Source: Macrostomum hystrix
Taxonomy: Eukaryota > Animalia > Platyhelminthes
Length of the DNA: 64,000 bases
Reading direction: 5' to 3'
NCBI GenBank assembly: GCA_950097015.1
Contig: CATNEN010000012.1
Span: 1,488,001-1,552,000, forward strand
Shown: in pieces, positions 24,801 to 37,726 of the stretch
Numbering within the stretch: the stretch's first letter is position 1
Layout: the number at the start of each line of letters is the position of its first letter
Position numbers and translations under genes: made by a program
The notes under the pieces: generated by a model
Databases searched by the model: none
What the model was told of the DNA's origin: nothing
What the model saw: only the letters and a program-made list of their open reading frames with translations

Positions 24801-27800
24801 ATAAGAGAGGAGACACGGGTAGGATAAGACAGGGATAAGAGAGGAGACACGGGTAGGATAAGACAGGGATAAGAGAGGAGACACGGGTAGGATAAGACAG
24901 GGATAAGAGAGGAGACACGGGTAGGATAAGACAGGGATAAGAGAGGAGACACGGGTAGGATAAGACAGGGATAAGAGAGGAGACACGGGTAGGATAAGAC
25001 AGGGATAAGAGAGGAGACACGGAGGATAAGATAGGAGACAGGGATAAGAGAGGAGACAGGGATAAGAGAGGAGACACGGAGGATAAGACAGGGATAAGAG
25101 AGGAGACACGGGTAGGATAAGACAGGGATAAGAGAGGAGACACGGGTAGGATAAGACAGGGATAAGAGAGGAGACACGGAGGATAAGATAGGAGACAGGG
25201 ATAAGAGAGGAGACAGGGATAAGAGAGGAGACACGGAGGATGAGACAGGGATAAGAGAGGAGACACGGGTAGGATAAGACAGGGATAAGAGAGGAGACAC
25301 GGGTAGGATAAGACAGGGATAAGAGAGGAGACACGGGTAGGATAAGACAGGGATAAGAGAGGAGACACGGAGGATAAGATAGGAGACAGGGATAAGAGAG
25401 GAGACAGGGATAAGAGAGGAGACACGGAGGATAAGACAGGGATAAGAGAGGAGACACGGGTAGGATAAGACAGGGATAAGAGAGGAGACACGGGTAGGAT
25501 AAGACAGGGATAAGAGAGGAGACACGGGTAGGATAAGACAGGGATAAGAGAGGAGACACGGGTAGGATAAGACAGGGATAAGAGAGGAGACACGGGTAGG
25601 ATAAGACAGGGATAAGAGAGGAGACACGGGTAGGATAAGACAGGGATAAGAGAGGAGACACGGGTAGGATAAGACAGGGATAAGAGAGGAGACACGGGTA
25701 GGATAAGACAGAGATAAGAGAGGAAACACGGGTAGGATAAGACAGGGATAAGAGAGGAGACACGAGTAGGATAAGACGGATAAGAGAGGAGACACGGGTA
25801 GGATAAGACAGGGATAAGAGAGGAGACACGGGTAGGATAAGACAGGGATAAGAGAGGAGACACGGGTAGGATAAGACAGGGATAAGAGAGGAGACACGGG
25901 TAGGATAAGACAGGGATAAGAGAGGAGACACGGGTAGGATGAGACAGGGATAAGAGAGGAGACACGGGTAGGATAAGACAGAGATAAGAGAGGAAACACG
26001 GGTAGGATAAGACAGGGATAAGAGAGGAGACACGGGTAGGATAAGACAGGGATAAGAGAGGAGACACGGGTAGGATAAGACAGGGATAAGAGAGGAGACA
26101 CGGGTAGGATGAGACAGGGATAAGAGAGGAGACACGGGTAGGATAAGACAGGGATAAGAGAGGAGACACGGGTAGGATAAGACAGGGATAAGAGAGGAGA
26201 CACGGAGGATAAGATAGGAGACAGGGATAGAGAGAGGAGACAGGGATAAGAGAGGAGACACGGAGGATAAGATAGGAGACAGGGATAAGAGAGGAGACAC
26301 GGAGGATAAGATAGGAGACAGGGATAAGAGAGGAGACACGGATGATAAGATAGGAGAGAGGGATAAGAGAGGAGACACGGAGGATAAGATAGGAGACAGG
26401 GATAAGAGAGGAGACACGGAGGATAAGATAGGAGACAGGGATAAGAGAGGAGACACGGATGATAAGATAGGAGAGAGGGATAAGAGAGGAGACACGGAGG
26501 ATAAGATAGGAGACAGGGATAAGAGAGGAGACACGGAGGATAAGATAGGAGACAGGGATAAGAGAGGAGACACGGATGATAAGATAGGAGAGAGGGATAA
26601 GAGAGGAGACACGGAGGATAAGATAGGAGACAGGGATAAGAGAGGAGACACGGAGGATAAGATAGGAGACAGGGATAAGAGAGGAGACACGGAGGATAAG
26701 ATAGGAGAGAGGGATAAGAGAGGAGACACGGATGATAAGATAGGAGAGAGGGATAAGAGAGGAGACACGGAGGATAAGATAGGAGACAGGGATAAGAGAG
26801 GAGACACGGAGGATAAGATAGGAGACAGGGATAAGAGAGGAGACACGGAGGATAAGATAGGAGAGAGGGATAAGAGAGGAGACACGGATGATAAGATAGG
26901 AGAGAGGGATAAGAGAGGAGACACGGGTAGGATAAGACAGGGATAAGAGAGGAGACACGGGTAGGATAAGACAGGGATAAGAGACGAGATACGGATTGGA
27001 TAAGACAGGGATAAGAGAGGAGACACGGGTAGGATAAGACAGGGATAAGAGAGGAGACACGGGTAGGATAAGACAGGGATAAGAGAGGAGACACGGGTAG
27101 GATGAGACAGGGATAAGAGAGGAGACACGGGTAGGATAAGACAGAGATAAGAGAGGAAACACGGGTAGGATAAGACAGGGATAAGAGAGGAGACACGGGT
27201 AGGATAAGACAGGGATAAGAGAGGAGACACGGGTAGGATAAGACAGGGATAAGAGAGGAGACACGGGTAGGATAAGACAGAGAAAAGAGAGGAAACACGG
27301 GTAGGATAAGACAGGGATAAGAGAGGAGACACGGGTAGGATAAGACAGGGATAAGAGAGGAGACACGGGTAGGATGAGACAGGGATAAGAGAGGAGACAC
27401 GGGTAGGATAAGACAGGGATAAGAGAGGAGACACGGGTAGGATAAGACAGGGATAAGAGAGGAGACACGGAGGATAAGATAGGAGACAGGGATAAGAGAG
27501 GAGACAGGGATAAGAGAGGAGACACGGAGGATAAGATAGGAGACAGGGATAAGAGAGGAGACACGGAGGATAAGATAGGAGACAGGGATAAGAGAGGAGA
27601 CACGGATGATAAGATAGGAGAGAGGGATAAGAGAGGAGACACGGAGGATAAGATAGGAGACAGGGATAGAGAGGAGACACGGAGGATAAGATAGGAGACA
27701 GGGATAAGAGAGGAGACACGGAGGATAAGATAGGAGAGAGGGATAAGAGAGGAGACACGGAGGATAAGATAGGAGACAGGGATAAGAGAGGAGACACGGA

Positions 27801-30800
27801 GGATAAGATAGGAGACAGGGATAAGAGAGGAGACACGGATGATAAGATAGGAGAGAGGGATAAGAGAGGAGACACGGAGGATAAGATAGGAGACAGGGAT
27901 AAGAGAGGAGACACGGAGGATAAGATAGGAGACAGGGATAAGAGAGGAGACACGGAGGATAAGATAGGAGAGAGGGATAAGAGAGGAGACACGGATGATA
28001 AGATAGGAGAGAGGGATAAGAGAGGAGACACGGAGGATAAGATAGGAGACAGGGATAAGAGAGGAGACACGGAGAATAAGATAGGAGACAGGGATAAGAG
28101 AGGAGACACGGAGGATAAGATAGGAGAGAGGGATAAGAGAGGAGACACGGATGATAAGATAGGAGAGAGGGATAAGAGAGGAGACACGGGTAGGATAAGA
28201 CAGGGATAAGAGAGGAGACACGGGTAGGATAAGACAGGGATAAGAGACGAGATACGGATTGGATAAGACAGGGATAAGAGAGGAGACACGGGTAGGATAA
28301 GACAGGGATAAGAGTGGAGACACGGGTAGGATAAGACAGGGATAAGAGAGGAGACACGGGTAGGATAAGACAGGGATAAGAGAGGAGACACGGGTAGGAT
28401 AAGACAGGGATAAGAGAGGAGACACGGGTAGGATGAGACAGGGATAAGAGAGGAGACACGGGTAGGATAAGACAGGGATAAGAGAGGAGACACGGGTAGG
28501 ATAAGACAGGGATAAGAGAGGAGACACGGGTAGGATAAGACAGGGATAAGAGAGGAGACAGGGATAAGAGAGGAGACAGGGATAAGAGAGGAGACAGGGA
28601 TAAGAGACGAGACAGGGATAAGAGAGGAGACACGGGTAGGATAAGACAGGGATAAGAGACGAGATACGGATTGGATAAGACAGGGATAAGAGAGGAGACA
28701 CGGGTAGGATAAGACAGGGATAAGAGTGGAGACACGGGTAGGATAAGACAGGGATAAGAGAGGAGACACGGGTAGGATAAGACAGGGATAAGAGAGGAGA
28801 CACGGGTAGGATAAGACAGGGATAAGAGAGGAGACACGGGTAGGATAAGACAGGGATAAGAGAGGAGACACGGGTAGGATAAGACAGGGATAAGAGAGGA
28901 GACACGGGTAGGATAAGACAGGGATAAGAGAGGAGACACGGAGGATAAGATAGGAGACAGGGATAAGAGAGGAGACAGGGATAAGAGAGGAGACAGGGAT
29001 AAGAGACGAGACAGGGATAAGAGAGGAGACACGGGTAGGATAAGACAGGGATAAGAGAGGAGACACGGGTAGGATAAGACAGGGATAAGAGAGGAGACAC
29101 GGGTAGGATAAGACAGGGATAAGAGAGGAGACACGGGTAGGATAAGACAGGGATAAGAGAGGAGACACGGGTAGGATAAGACAGGGATAAGAGAGGAGAC
29201 ACGGGTAGGATAAGACAGGGATAAGAGAGGAGACACGGGTAGGATAAGACAGGGATAAGAGAGGAGACACGGGTAGGATAAGACAGGGATAAGAGAGGAG
29301 ACACGGGTAGGATAAGACAGGGATAAGAGAGGAGACACAGGTAGGATAAGACAGGGATAAGAGAGGAGACATGTGTAAAATAAGACCGGTTGTATAGGCG
29401 TTGTAAGTTTTGGATTTTTTAGTTTTTCGTAAAAGGTTATTTCGGCATTCAAGACTGCAAGTCTCTAATTTTTTTTTCATTTCCTAAACTCTATCAAACG
29501 TTATCACAAAAAGCTCGAGAGCAGATAGTAACACTCACTCGGAGCCCTTGACGCAGAGGGCCAGATCCTTGGTCATGTGACCAGCCTCAATGGTGGCAAT
29601 GCACACCCGTTCGAGTGTCTCGCAGAAGTGCGCCAGAGCTGCGTTGCTGTCCAGCTTGGCCCGATGGGCCAGGCCTCGAGTCCAGGCGAAGATGCTAGCA
29701 ATAGGGTTGGTGGATGTCTCCTGGCCCTTCTGGTGCATGCGGTAGTGCCGGGTTACTGTGCCGTGAGCTGCTTCGGCCTCGATGGTGCGACCGTCTGGGC
29801 ACACCAGCACGGAGGTCATCAGGCCCAAGGAGCCGAAGCCCTGCGCGATAGAGTCGCTCTGGACGTCGCCGTCGTAGTTCTTGCAGGCCCAAACGAAGCC
29901 ACCCTCTGACTTCATGGCGTAGGCGACCATGTCGTCGATTAGGCGATGCTCGTACCAGATGCCGGCAGCCTCGAAGGCAGCCTTGTACTCGGCCTCGTAC
30001 ACCTCCTGGAAGATGTCCTTGAATCGGCCGTCGTAGCGCTTCAGGATGGTATTCTTAGTGCTGCCGGATGTGGGGGTGGTAAAGGCTTTGTATTAATGCA
30101 TGGCAGACTTCTCAAAGTTGAGTCTCGTCTATAGTTTAATTAAACAAAATTCTATAAGAATAATGGACATCCTAGATTTCTTTAGGGATATTCACGTGCT
30201 TTAGCATGAGTCCTAATTGAGGTGACAGAGCATGCTGTTATCCGTACATATCTAGGACGAAAGCGTCCTTAGTTCGTATCCACGACGAGATCAAATTTAA
30301 CAAAATAATAATAATAATAGTAATAATAGCTGCGTACAGCTGTTCAGTCCATGGACTGGGGGGACGCCACAACCACCTTCAATTACCCCAGCTAATGCTG
30401 TCACCCATTTAACAGCTGGGTGAACTGAAGCAATGCAGAGTTAAGTGTCTTGCTAAAGGACACAAATTGTTCCAGCGGAGTCGGTAATCGAACCCCCGTC
30501 CTTCAAGTCATGAGTCCGACTCCCTATAGCCACTAGGCTACAACCCCTAGGCTAGAACCCTACGCTACAGTGAACTAATACACCCAATGTATCACATTGA
30601 GAAAATAATTGAAAAGTGCTGCTGATCGTTTAAATAAATATTTTACGTTGCAACGTTGCAATCGCGAACAAATAGCTAACGAGCAAACAGCGCATGGAAA
30701 TTTCCACACATAACAGCCTTCAATCTCTCTCTCTCCTGTCTTCCACTGTGACCTGAGCAAAGTGTGCGTGACGCTCGAAAATTCCCCCAAAAAACTGTAA

Positions 30801-32788
30801 AATTCATTAACAGAAACACGCACTGTGCAATATTCCATTTTATCTTATCAAAGGACAAGGGGCAGGGAGTGTGGGGCATGGCGGGTCATAGAACACACTG
30901 GACCCACAAGCCAGAGGACGCAAAATACACTGCAGCTAAGCAAAACAAGTCATTGCATTCTACCGCATTAGCTCGCATTATACTCGTAGATATTTCTAGC
31001 TCGTATATGCGTATACTGTGGCAATGACAAACTATATACTCGTACAAAACTCAAATGGAGATTAAAGAACTACTTTAGGATCAAGAAAGGCCGATCCGCC
31101 TGCATATTTTCTTGAATCTAATTATGTTTCAGTGTAGCAGAAGTACTAATAATAAATTCATTTCTCGTTTTTGTGTCGTTCAAATTAATTGTAATTAATT
31201 ACAATTACAATAATAATTACAATAATTACAAAGAAGAAAGGCCGATCCGCCTGCATATTTTCTTGAATCTAATTATGTTTCAGTGTAGCAGAAGTACTAA
31301 TAATAAATTCATTTCTCGTTTTTGTGTCGTTCAAAACTTAAATACAAACGATTTGGTCAGTCGAGTTAGCTAAACTACAATTGTTCTATTCCGTTAACAA
31401 GTCCTATGAAAACTACATACCTGAGGTAGAGCGGCCACTTCTTGTCTAACGCCAGCTTGAAGGAGCTGTGCGCGAAATCTCGAATGCTCGCGTCAGTGTT
31501 GTACATGGCCAGAGCAACGCCCGGATCCGTGAAATGGAAAACCTGGTGCTCAATGGGTGCTTGATCCGGTACATCAGGCGTCCACTTGATCTCAAGCTTG
31601 CCTGGCCCGGGCACCACGAAGTCAGTCGCTTTGTACTGATCACCGAAGGCGTGTCGACCAATCACAATCGACTTGGTCCAGCCGGGCACCAGGCGTGGCA
31701 CATTCTTACAGATGATGGCCTCGCGAAACACTGTGCCGCCTAGGATGTTGCGAATTGTGCCATTGGGACTGCGCCACATCTGTTTGAGGCCGAACTCGGT
31801 GACTCGCTGCTCGTCCGGAGTGATTGTGGCACACTTGATGCCGACATTGTGCTGCATGATAGCGTAGGCGCAGTCCACTGTCACTGTGGGCGGTTTAAAC
31901 AAACAGATGCTACTGCTAAGCTATTGAAAGAGAAGTGTGAACTGCATACAGCAAGCGAACTTTTTTATTAAGTTGAAGTCGGAGAAACGAAAAAACAGAT
32001 TGTTCATAAGTTTTCAAAGCGCCATACGCTCGTATACATTCGACTTACCCTGATCGTTTGTAGCGTCACGATTCTCGATTCCAAGGTCAAAGAAATGAAT
32101 TTCCAGGTCCACAAATGGCAAGATCAGTTTCTCCTTAATGAGATCCCAGATGATCCTAGATTGGTAATAATGTTAGAATGACAGGATGACAGACAAAAAA
32201 ACAGTATTACAGTCAATCTGCCATTTACTAAAAACAATATATATTAATAAGCAAAACAACTTTAATAATGTATCGATAATCAAGTATGAAATCTGGACAA
32301 TTGTTGTCAGACTCATATCAATGTAACTAGCACCAGAAAAAATGCATCACAGATTGCAATTCTATTCATTGCTGTACTATTCTGTTCTTTTGACTGCTCA
32401 TTTAAAAAAGTAATAAAATTAAAGTGTACATTTCTCTACTTAAAATAAAAAACGTATACTTGTTTTAAGCACAGATACTAGTATTATTATTGGTATTCTA
32501 GTATCTATGGTTCTAAGCTAAAGCTAATTCTGCTTTCTGCAGAAGTAGAAAAAAATTAGGTTTACCAAAGAATTAGACTGAGTTAGGTACACTTTTTTAT
32601 TTTGGTTTGTTAATAAAAATTTTTATAGTGAAAACTTATCAACAATAACTCACCGAGTCATCTCATCGCCTTGCATTTCGACAACTGCTCCACCTGAATG
32701 CAACAAATATTATTTGATTATATTTGAACTTAAACAAATAGAAATAAAACATTATTTTTCAAATGCACTGCTTACCCGCAATCTTCAT
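18854..32788 (-). CDS. IDH1: NADP-dependent isocitrate dehydrogenase, IDH1-like (cytosolic/peroxisomal type), 412 aa
   Basis: Exons 32788-32776, 32693-32654, 32155-32049, 31883-31421, 30060-29539 and 18947-18854 total 1239 nt in frame. Motifs: [94 protein letters not shown] and [17 protein letters not shown]. Confidence 0.96.
19058..29371. repeat. Purine-rich satellite block B (~10.3 kb) occupying the last IDH intron
   Basis: Same 34/39/18-bp units as block A, with recurring variants (GATACGG, ACGAGATACGGATTGG, GAGTGGAG, GGAAACAC, CACAGG). Confidence 0.98.
30305..30547 (-). mobile_element. tRNA-derived SINE family 1 (CORE-like), copy C
   Basis: Head GGGGTTGTAGCCTAGTGG...CTCATGACTTGAAGG...GGTTCGATT resembles elongator tRNA-Met. 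CORE-like body and (TAT)n tail; lies in an IDH intron. Confidence 0.88.
31082..31335. repeat. ~100-bp direct duplication separated by (AATTAC)n-like sequence in an IDH intron
   Basis: AAGAAAGGCCGATCCGCCTGCAT...GTGTCGTTCAAA is present at about 31083 and 31234. Confidence 0.9.
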
Positions 32789-34590
32789 TTTTTCTTAAAT
32801 ATTTCAAACTGATTATGATCAATTACTAGTTTAAAAATAGCTTAAAAGCACCAAGAAAATTACTTACATTTAGTGGACTTCAAAAAGCAACAACTCATGC
32901 AAATTATCACAAAACCTGCTTTAGCTCTGAAGTAAAAAACAAAAATACTTTTAAAAAATCTGTACTTATGCACATTTCTTCATAAAACAATTAAGGGACA
33001 AATTATCGGGTAGATTTGCTTTACTAATAAACCACGGTTAAATAAAATCCGCAAAAGTTCCTTGTGTTTAAAATAAACGAACTAGCGTATGGCCTATTTA
33101 AGAATCGCACCCTTAATTTTTTTATTTAGCTGATTTTAATACCCATGACGTTATTTTCGTTTTTCAACTGATAATAATTACCTCCCTGGAATGACTCATT
33201 GAAGCCAAATGAGACTGATAAAACACATCAAAGCGCCTAACTTTTTTGTCTTATGTCATTAATATTTCACCTTGGCTTAGAATCTAGCTACTGAAGTTAC
33301 TAAACTATTCATTTTACTTAGTCATTGCTGGTCATAGTCATAGATTACAAAGGGAAAGTGTATAGTGACTGTGATAGCAATATGCTTTGTTAATGTTGAT
33401 TATGCTCTCCCTGGTATTCATGCAGTAGGCCTAGGTATTTTTGGTTGCCACCCACAAGCAGCAATGTAATATGACAACCTATGCCTATGGCTCTAATCCT
33501 GTGGTGGTACACTTACTTTTTACTCAAAAGCTTAACTTTCGAATTATCAATAACACACAAGTAGAAATACTATTGTATTTCCAAGCATGTTCAGATGTAA
33601 TAGATACAAATGCTTATATTATCTACACAGAAGTCTTGCCAATATTGGTTCTTTCAGATGCCATGAAACTCAAGTTTTTGAATGACTTCACTGACCACTA
33701 ATTCTGACAGTCAGAATTTTTTGTATTTAAATTTTTCCTATTATTTGTTGCTAGCAACTATTACATGTGTCTACATATTTCTTGATTAGGCCTAGGGTTA
33801 ATTATTAGGACGTCATAACAAGAATAGGCCCTATTCAAGTCTAATGTTATATGCAAAATGTTTTGAACTACATGCAAAATCTTGTTGCAGTTGCAATATA
33901 TATAATATTTCTAGGGCTTTTATGTTACAGCAAAATATACTTTCAAATGTTATTATTATTATTTTATTATTAATTATTCAATGTGCACTATTGCACACTT
34001 ATTTTACTTGTATTGGCCTATTGTTTAGCTCTTGCAAATAAAGGTTTTAGAAAATCAAAGTAATATTTTTGGTAACTATGATTATGAACAGCAGCTTTAT
34101 AGCTAATTTAATATAAGTAAGAGTATTCACAAAAGTAAGCATTGTTTATCTTGGCTTAGCTATACATGAATATAAAAATTAAATATAGGTACTTTAATTC
34201 ATTAACATCACTGCCATTTTGACTATGCCCTTGCTATATATGAATGGCAAGTTTATTAATTGATTTTTCATAATATTGCAATATAACATACATATATTTT
34301 ATATAACCTTAACTAGATTTCTGATTTATAGAAAATGACCATAGTTATACTCCCTGACAAGAATAATTGCTATAGTAAAACATTTTCTGTACGCCAGTCA
34401 CTATGTTCTCTACACTGTTTGTCTCTATGCTCCCACTAACTATTGGTTAACTCAATTACAACTCAATCACACTGCCGCAGGTGTGCACTTTGGAGGACCT
34501 GGTTAGTAACGAGGTGCCCATGGCCACCCCATCCAGGTGGGTCGCCAATGAACAGTGGTAAACATATGAGACTGATCAAGCAGCTCAGCG

Positions 34591-36603
34591 ATGAATACAG
34601 TTTTTAGCCTGATGTTTGGCGACGCTCCGCCAGTCGAGGACTTCTCAAACAGCTATCGATGCTATTCGTACAACATGCACGAAGGCTCCGACCTCGCACG
34701 CGAGACCCTGCGCCGCGGTGGTCACATCCTGCTGCCACAGTCGGCACTGCGCGACATGTCTCTGGCGTCGGCTGGCGGCGATGGTAGCGCGTCCGCCGGC
34801 CCGATGATCTTCAGCGTCACTAGCAACGGCCGGTCTGCGCTGGCCGGCGTACACGAATTCACAGCTCCAGAGGGTGTGATCCTGGCGCCTGATTGGTTGA
34901 TGCACCGGCTGCAGCTGTCGGACTCTGGCACCTCCATTGTGCGGGTTTCCGCCCTGCCGCCTGACCAGCGACCACCGTTAGGCACTTTTGCCAGACTGCG
35001 ACAGCGCAAGAGCGAGCAGCTGCAGACTCGCGACTTCTTGGCCGAAGTTGAGGATCCAAAGGTGCGGATTTCTGCCGAAATCATCCTCTTTGCCAGTGGT
35101 CGGCAAACTCCGCGCCGCGGGCCAGATGCGGCCCTCGAAGCTCCCAAATCCGGCCCGTTGCGCCTTCCCACACCTCTAGTATCCTGCCTCATCTCTCTCA
35201 TCTGGAGATGGAGAGTCTCATCTCTCCCATATCTTATCTCTCCCATGTCTCATGTCTCCTGTGTCTCATCTCTCCCATGTCTCACCTCTCACATGTCTCG
35301 TCTCTCCCCTGTCTCGTCTCTCCCGTGTCTCATCTTTCCCGTGTCTCATCTCTCCCCTGTCTCGTCTCTCCGGTGTCTCATCTTTCCCGTGTCTCATCTC
35401 TCCTGTGTCTCATCTCTCCTGTGTCTCATCTATCCCATGTCTCATCTCTCCCCTGTCTCGTCTCTCCCGTGTCTCATCTTTCCCGTGTCTCATCTCTCCT
35501 GTGTCTCATCTATCCAATGTCTCATCTTTCCCGTGTCTCATCTCTCCCCTGTCTCGTCTCTCCGGTGTCTCATCTTTCCCGTGTCTCATCTCTCCTGTGT
35601 CTCATCTCTCCTGTGTCTCATCTATCCCATGTCTCATCTCTCCCCTGTCTCGTCTCTCCCGTGTCTCATCTTTCCCGTGTCTCATCTCTCCTGTGTCTCA
35701 TCTATCCAATGTCTCATCTATCCCATGTCTCATCTCTCCCCTGTCACATCTTTCCCCTGTCTCATCTCTCCCCTGTCTAATGTCTCCCCTATCTCAAATT
35801 CCTTCAGTTAATGCGGGTCGGTGTCGTCTTTTAGGTTCCTCTGTGGCCCCGCACGCTAATAAGTTTGCCGACCTCTTCTCTATGCCTTATCCAACTAGCT
35901 AGCCGGACAATGTGAATTCCAGACGTTATTTCTATAAATTTAAATTTCTAATCTTTTTTTTATGAATTCCTCCACAAAAATCGCACAGGCTGTCCTTGAA
36001 CGTCGCCTCCGCAACTTTATTTGCCTTAGTGTGGGCGATGAGATTGAATTGGAACTTGAAGACCGGCGCTACCTGCTTGACGTTGTCGAACTGCGCCCGG
36101 CGGCATCCGTCTGCATCGTTGACTGCGACCTGGCAGTGGACTTTGACGCCGGCGTTGCACCATTGCCTGGCATTCGAGAAACAACTGTTGATCAGGATCA
36201 GGACAGTGAAGCTGATGCCGAACTGGTCAACGCTGCAGCGAGCGATACCGAGAACTCCGGCTTCGGCCCGGCGGCTCGGTCAGTAAACTCCGACGCGGAG
36301 CAATCTTCGACAACAGTCTCGACAGCTGAATTCCGACGCGACGGAGCTGCCGCCTCTAGTTTGACTCGCGGCCGGCCCAACTTTGACTACAAACCTGGCG
36401 CGTTGAGCTTTCCCCAGCACCGGTACCCGCCACCGGCACGAGCTCAGTTAGCAGGCCGGCACAATGAGAACAAACTGTTCAAAGCCTTCAGCGGATCTGG
36501 ACACACTTTGGGCGGGGCCAGTCGAGCGCAAAACAGTCGTGGGGGAGAAAAGCGTCGTTTGGGTCACTGCAGTGAGCTGCCAGTGGTTCCTTCCTGGGGT
36601 TGA
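34591..36603 (+). CDS. UFD1: UFD1-like p97/VCP adaptor (divergent), ~361 aa
   Basis: Exons 34591-35061 and 35989-36603 are in frame. Motifs: FSNSYRCYS, GGHILLPQSAL, GVHEFTAPEG, DPK|AVLERRLRNFICLSVGDEI, VDCDLAVDFDA, PNFDYKPG and SHP box FKAFSGSGHTLG. Confidence 0.87.
35094..35877 (-). mobile_element. hAT-type MITE copy 2 with expanded internal minisatellite (~570 bp), inside the UFD1-like intron
   Basis: Ends CAGTGGTCGGCAAACT and GTTTGCCGACCTCTT. Flanks CTCTTTGC and CTCTATGC are a 7/8 TSD match. Subterminal sequence matches copy 1 in reverse. Confidence 0.88.
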
Positions 36604-36814
36604 AGTATTTCAGTTCCGAAAGTGTTTTTCTATTCAAGGCTGTGTTCGTTCACCTGTTTTAACAAATAGTGCCTTTGTTGTCGCACTTCAGACTCTTTAA
36701 AAGTTTTTTTATTCGTTCTTTTTTAAGTACGTACATGTGAGCACACTGTGAGTATGTAGGTACTTAAGTACTTGACTTGAGTACTCTAATAATAAAGTAC
36801 TGTGGGTACTGGGA

Positions 36815-37102
36815 CATCATTTAGTGACACCAGACCCGCAGCCAGCGAGGAGGCAATTCCGCCCATTCCGCTGACACTTTAGCACAAACGCACACAGATA
36901 CTGTACGCAGGCACACGCTCACACAGGTGCGTACATCTGCCCTGACTTTCTCATCGTCAGGCAGTGCACACTTCACTGTGCCTTGGAGGTTGGCCCTCAA
37001 GGGCGTAAATTGCATGACAAGCCCCCAAGCCTTCTCTCCGCGGCTGCGCCCCAAATAAATGTGGCCTCGCCGCGGAATCGAGCTTAGGGACCTTGGTGCG
37101 AG
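36815..37102 (-). mobile_element. tRNA-derived SINE family 2 copy (head partly truncated)
   Basis: Matches 13590-13933 and includes the CCTGACGATGAGAAAGTCAGG hairpin segment. Confidence 0.88.
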
Positions 37103-37726
37103 TGACCTTCCGACTTGAGTACTCTAGAACTCGTGATAACAAAGGACATGTTTGGGAAAGCCTTTTTTAAAACAAATAATGAAATCAGTGTTCCTGTTTT
37201 TTACTAAGTATAATTCATTCTAAAAATGCTAATGCTAACAATGTAGATATTTTTACTGAATGAGCATGTGATGTGACTATTGTGGAAACCTTTTAAACTT
37301 ATTAGTGTAATTGATTTGTTATGCAGATTGGATGTCTTGTGAACATGTCACTGACACATGTCAGTGTCACCAGATAAAACAATACAAAAGCACATTTTAT
37401 ACTGTTTGTACAGTGATGGTTTAGTTTTGTCAGCTAGCACATCATGTTTGCCAAATTTTAGACCTGTATCGATTTTGTGAATTTTATTTTTACACCGCTA
37501 CTAATTGGATTCTGCCTCTGAAATGGCAAGAAAAAACATTAGTTTTTTCATTTTCAGATTTTCATAGTGTAGAACACTTCGAAATGTATATTTCGCTTTT
37601 ATAGACTTTCGAGAAGTCAATATTGAAATTTTAATATATTAAATTAAATTTTTAATAAACGGATTGCCACAGCATAAACTTCTATTTGCTATTTGCACTT
37701 TTTTGTTAATTCGGTTTCATTCCAAG

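Noticed and set aside
15883-29480. Six very long minus-strand ORFs (743-3532 aa)
   Set aside because: They are open in all three frames only because the satellite lacks stop codons on that strand. Only the terminal 94 nt (the IDH last exon) are real coding sequence.
32846-32930. Upstream IDH exon with ATG (MSCCFLKSTK) as a possible alternative or mitochondrial N-terminus
   Set aside because: Every nearby acceptor I tried puts it out of frame with MKIAGG or hits a stop; at most it is a uORF in a 5' UTR exon.
35062-35902. In-frame extension of UFD1-like exon 1 through the MITE, and other CLISPVSHL-type ORFs (also 14451-14800 and 50104-50589)
   Set aside because: Splicing 35061 to 35989 restores the conserved DPK|AVLE; the rest is MITE repeat translation.
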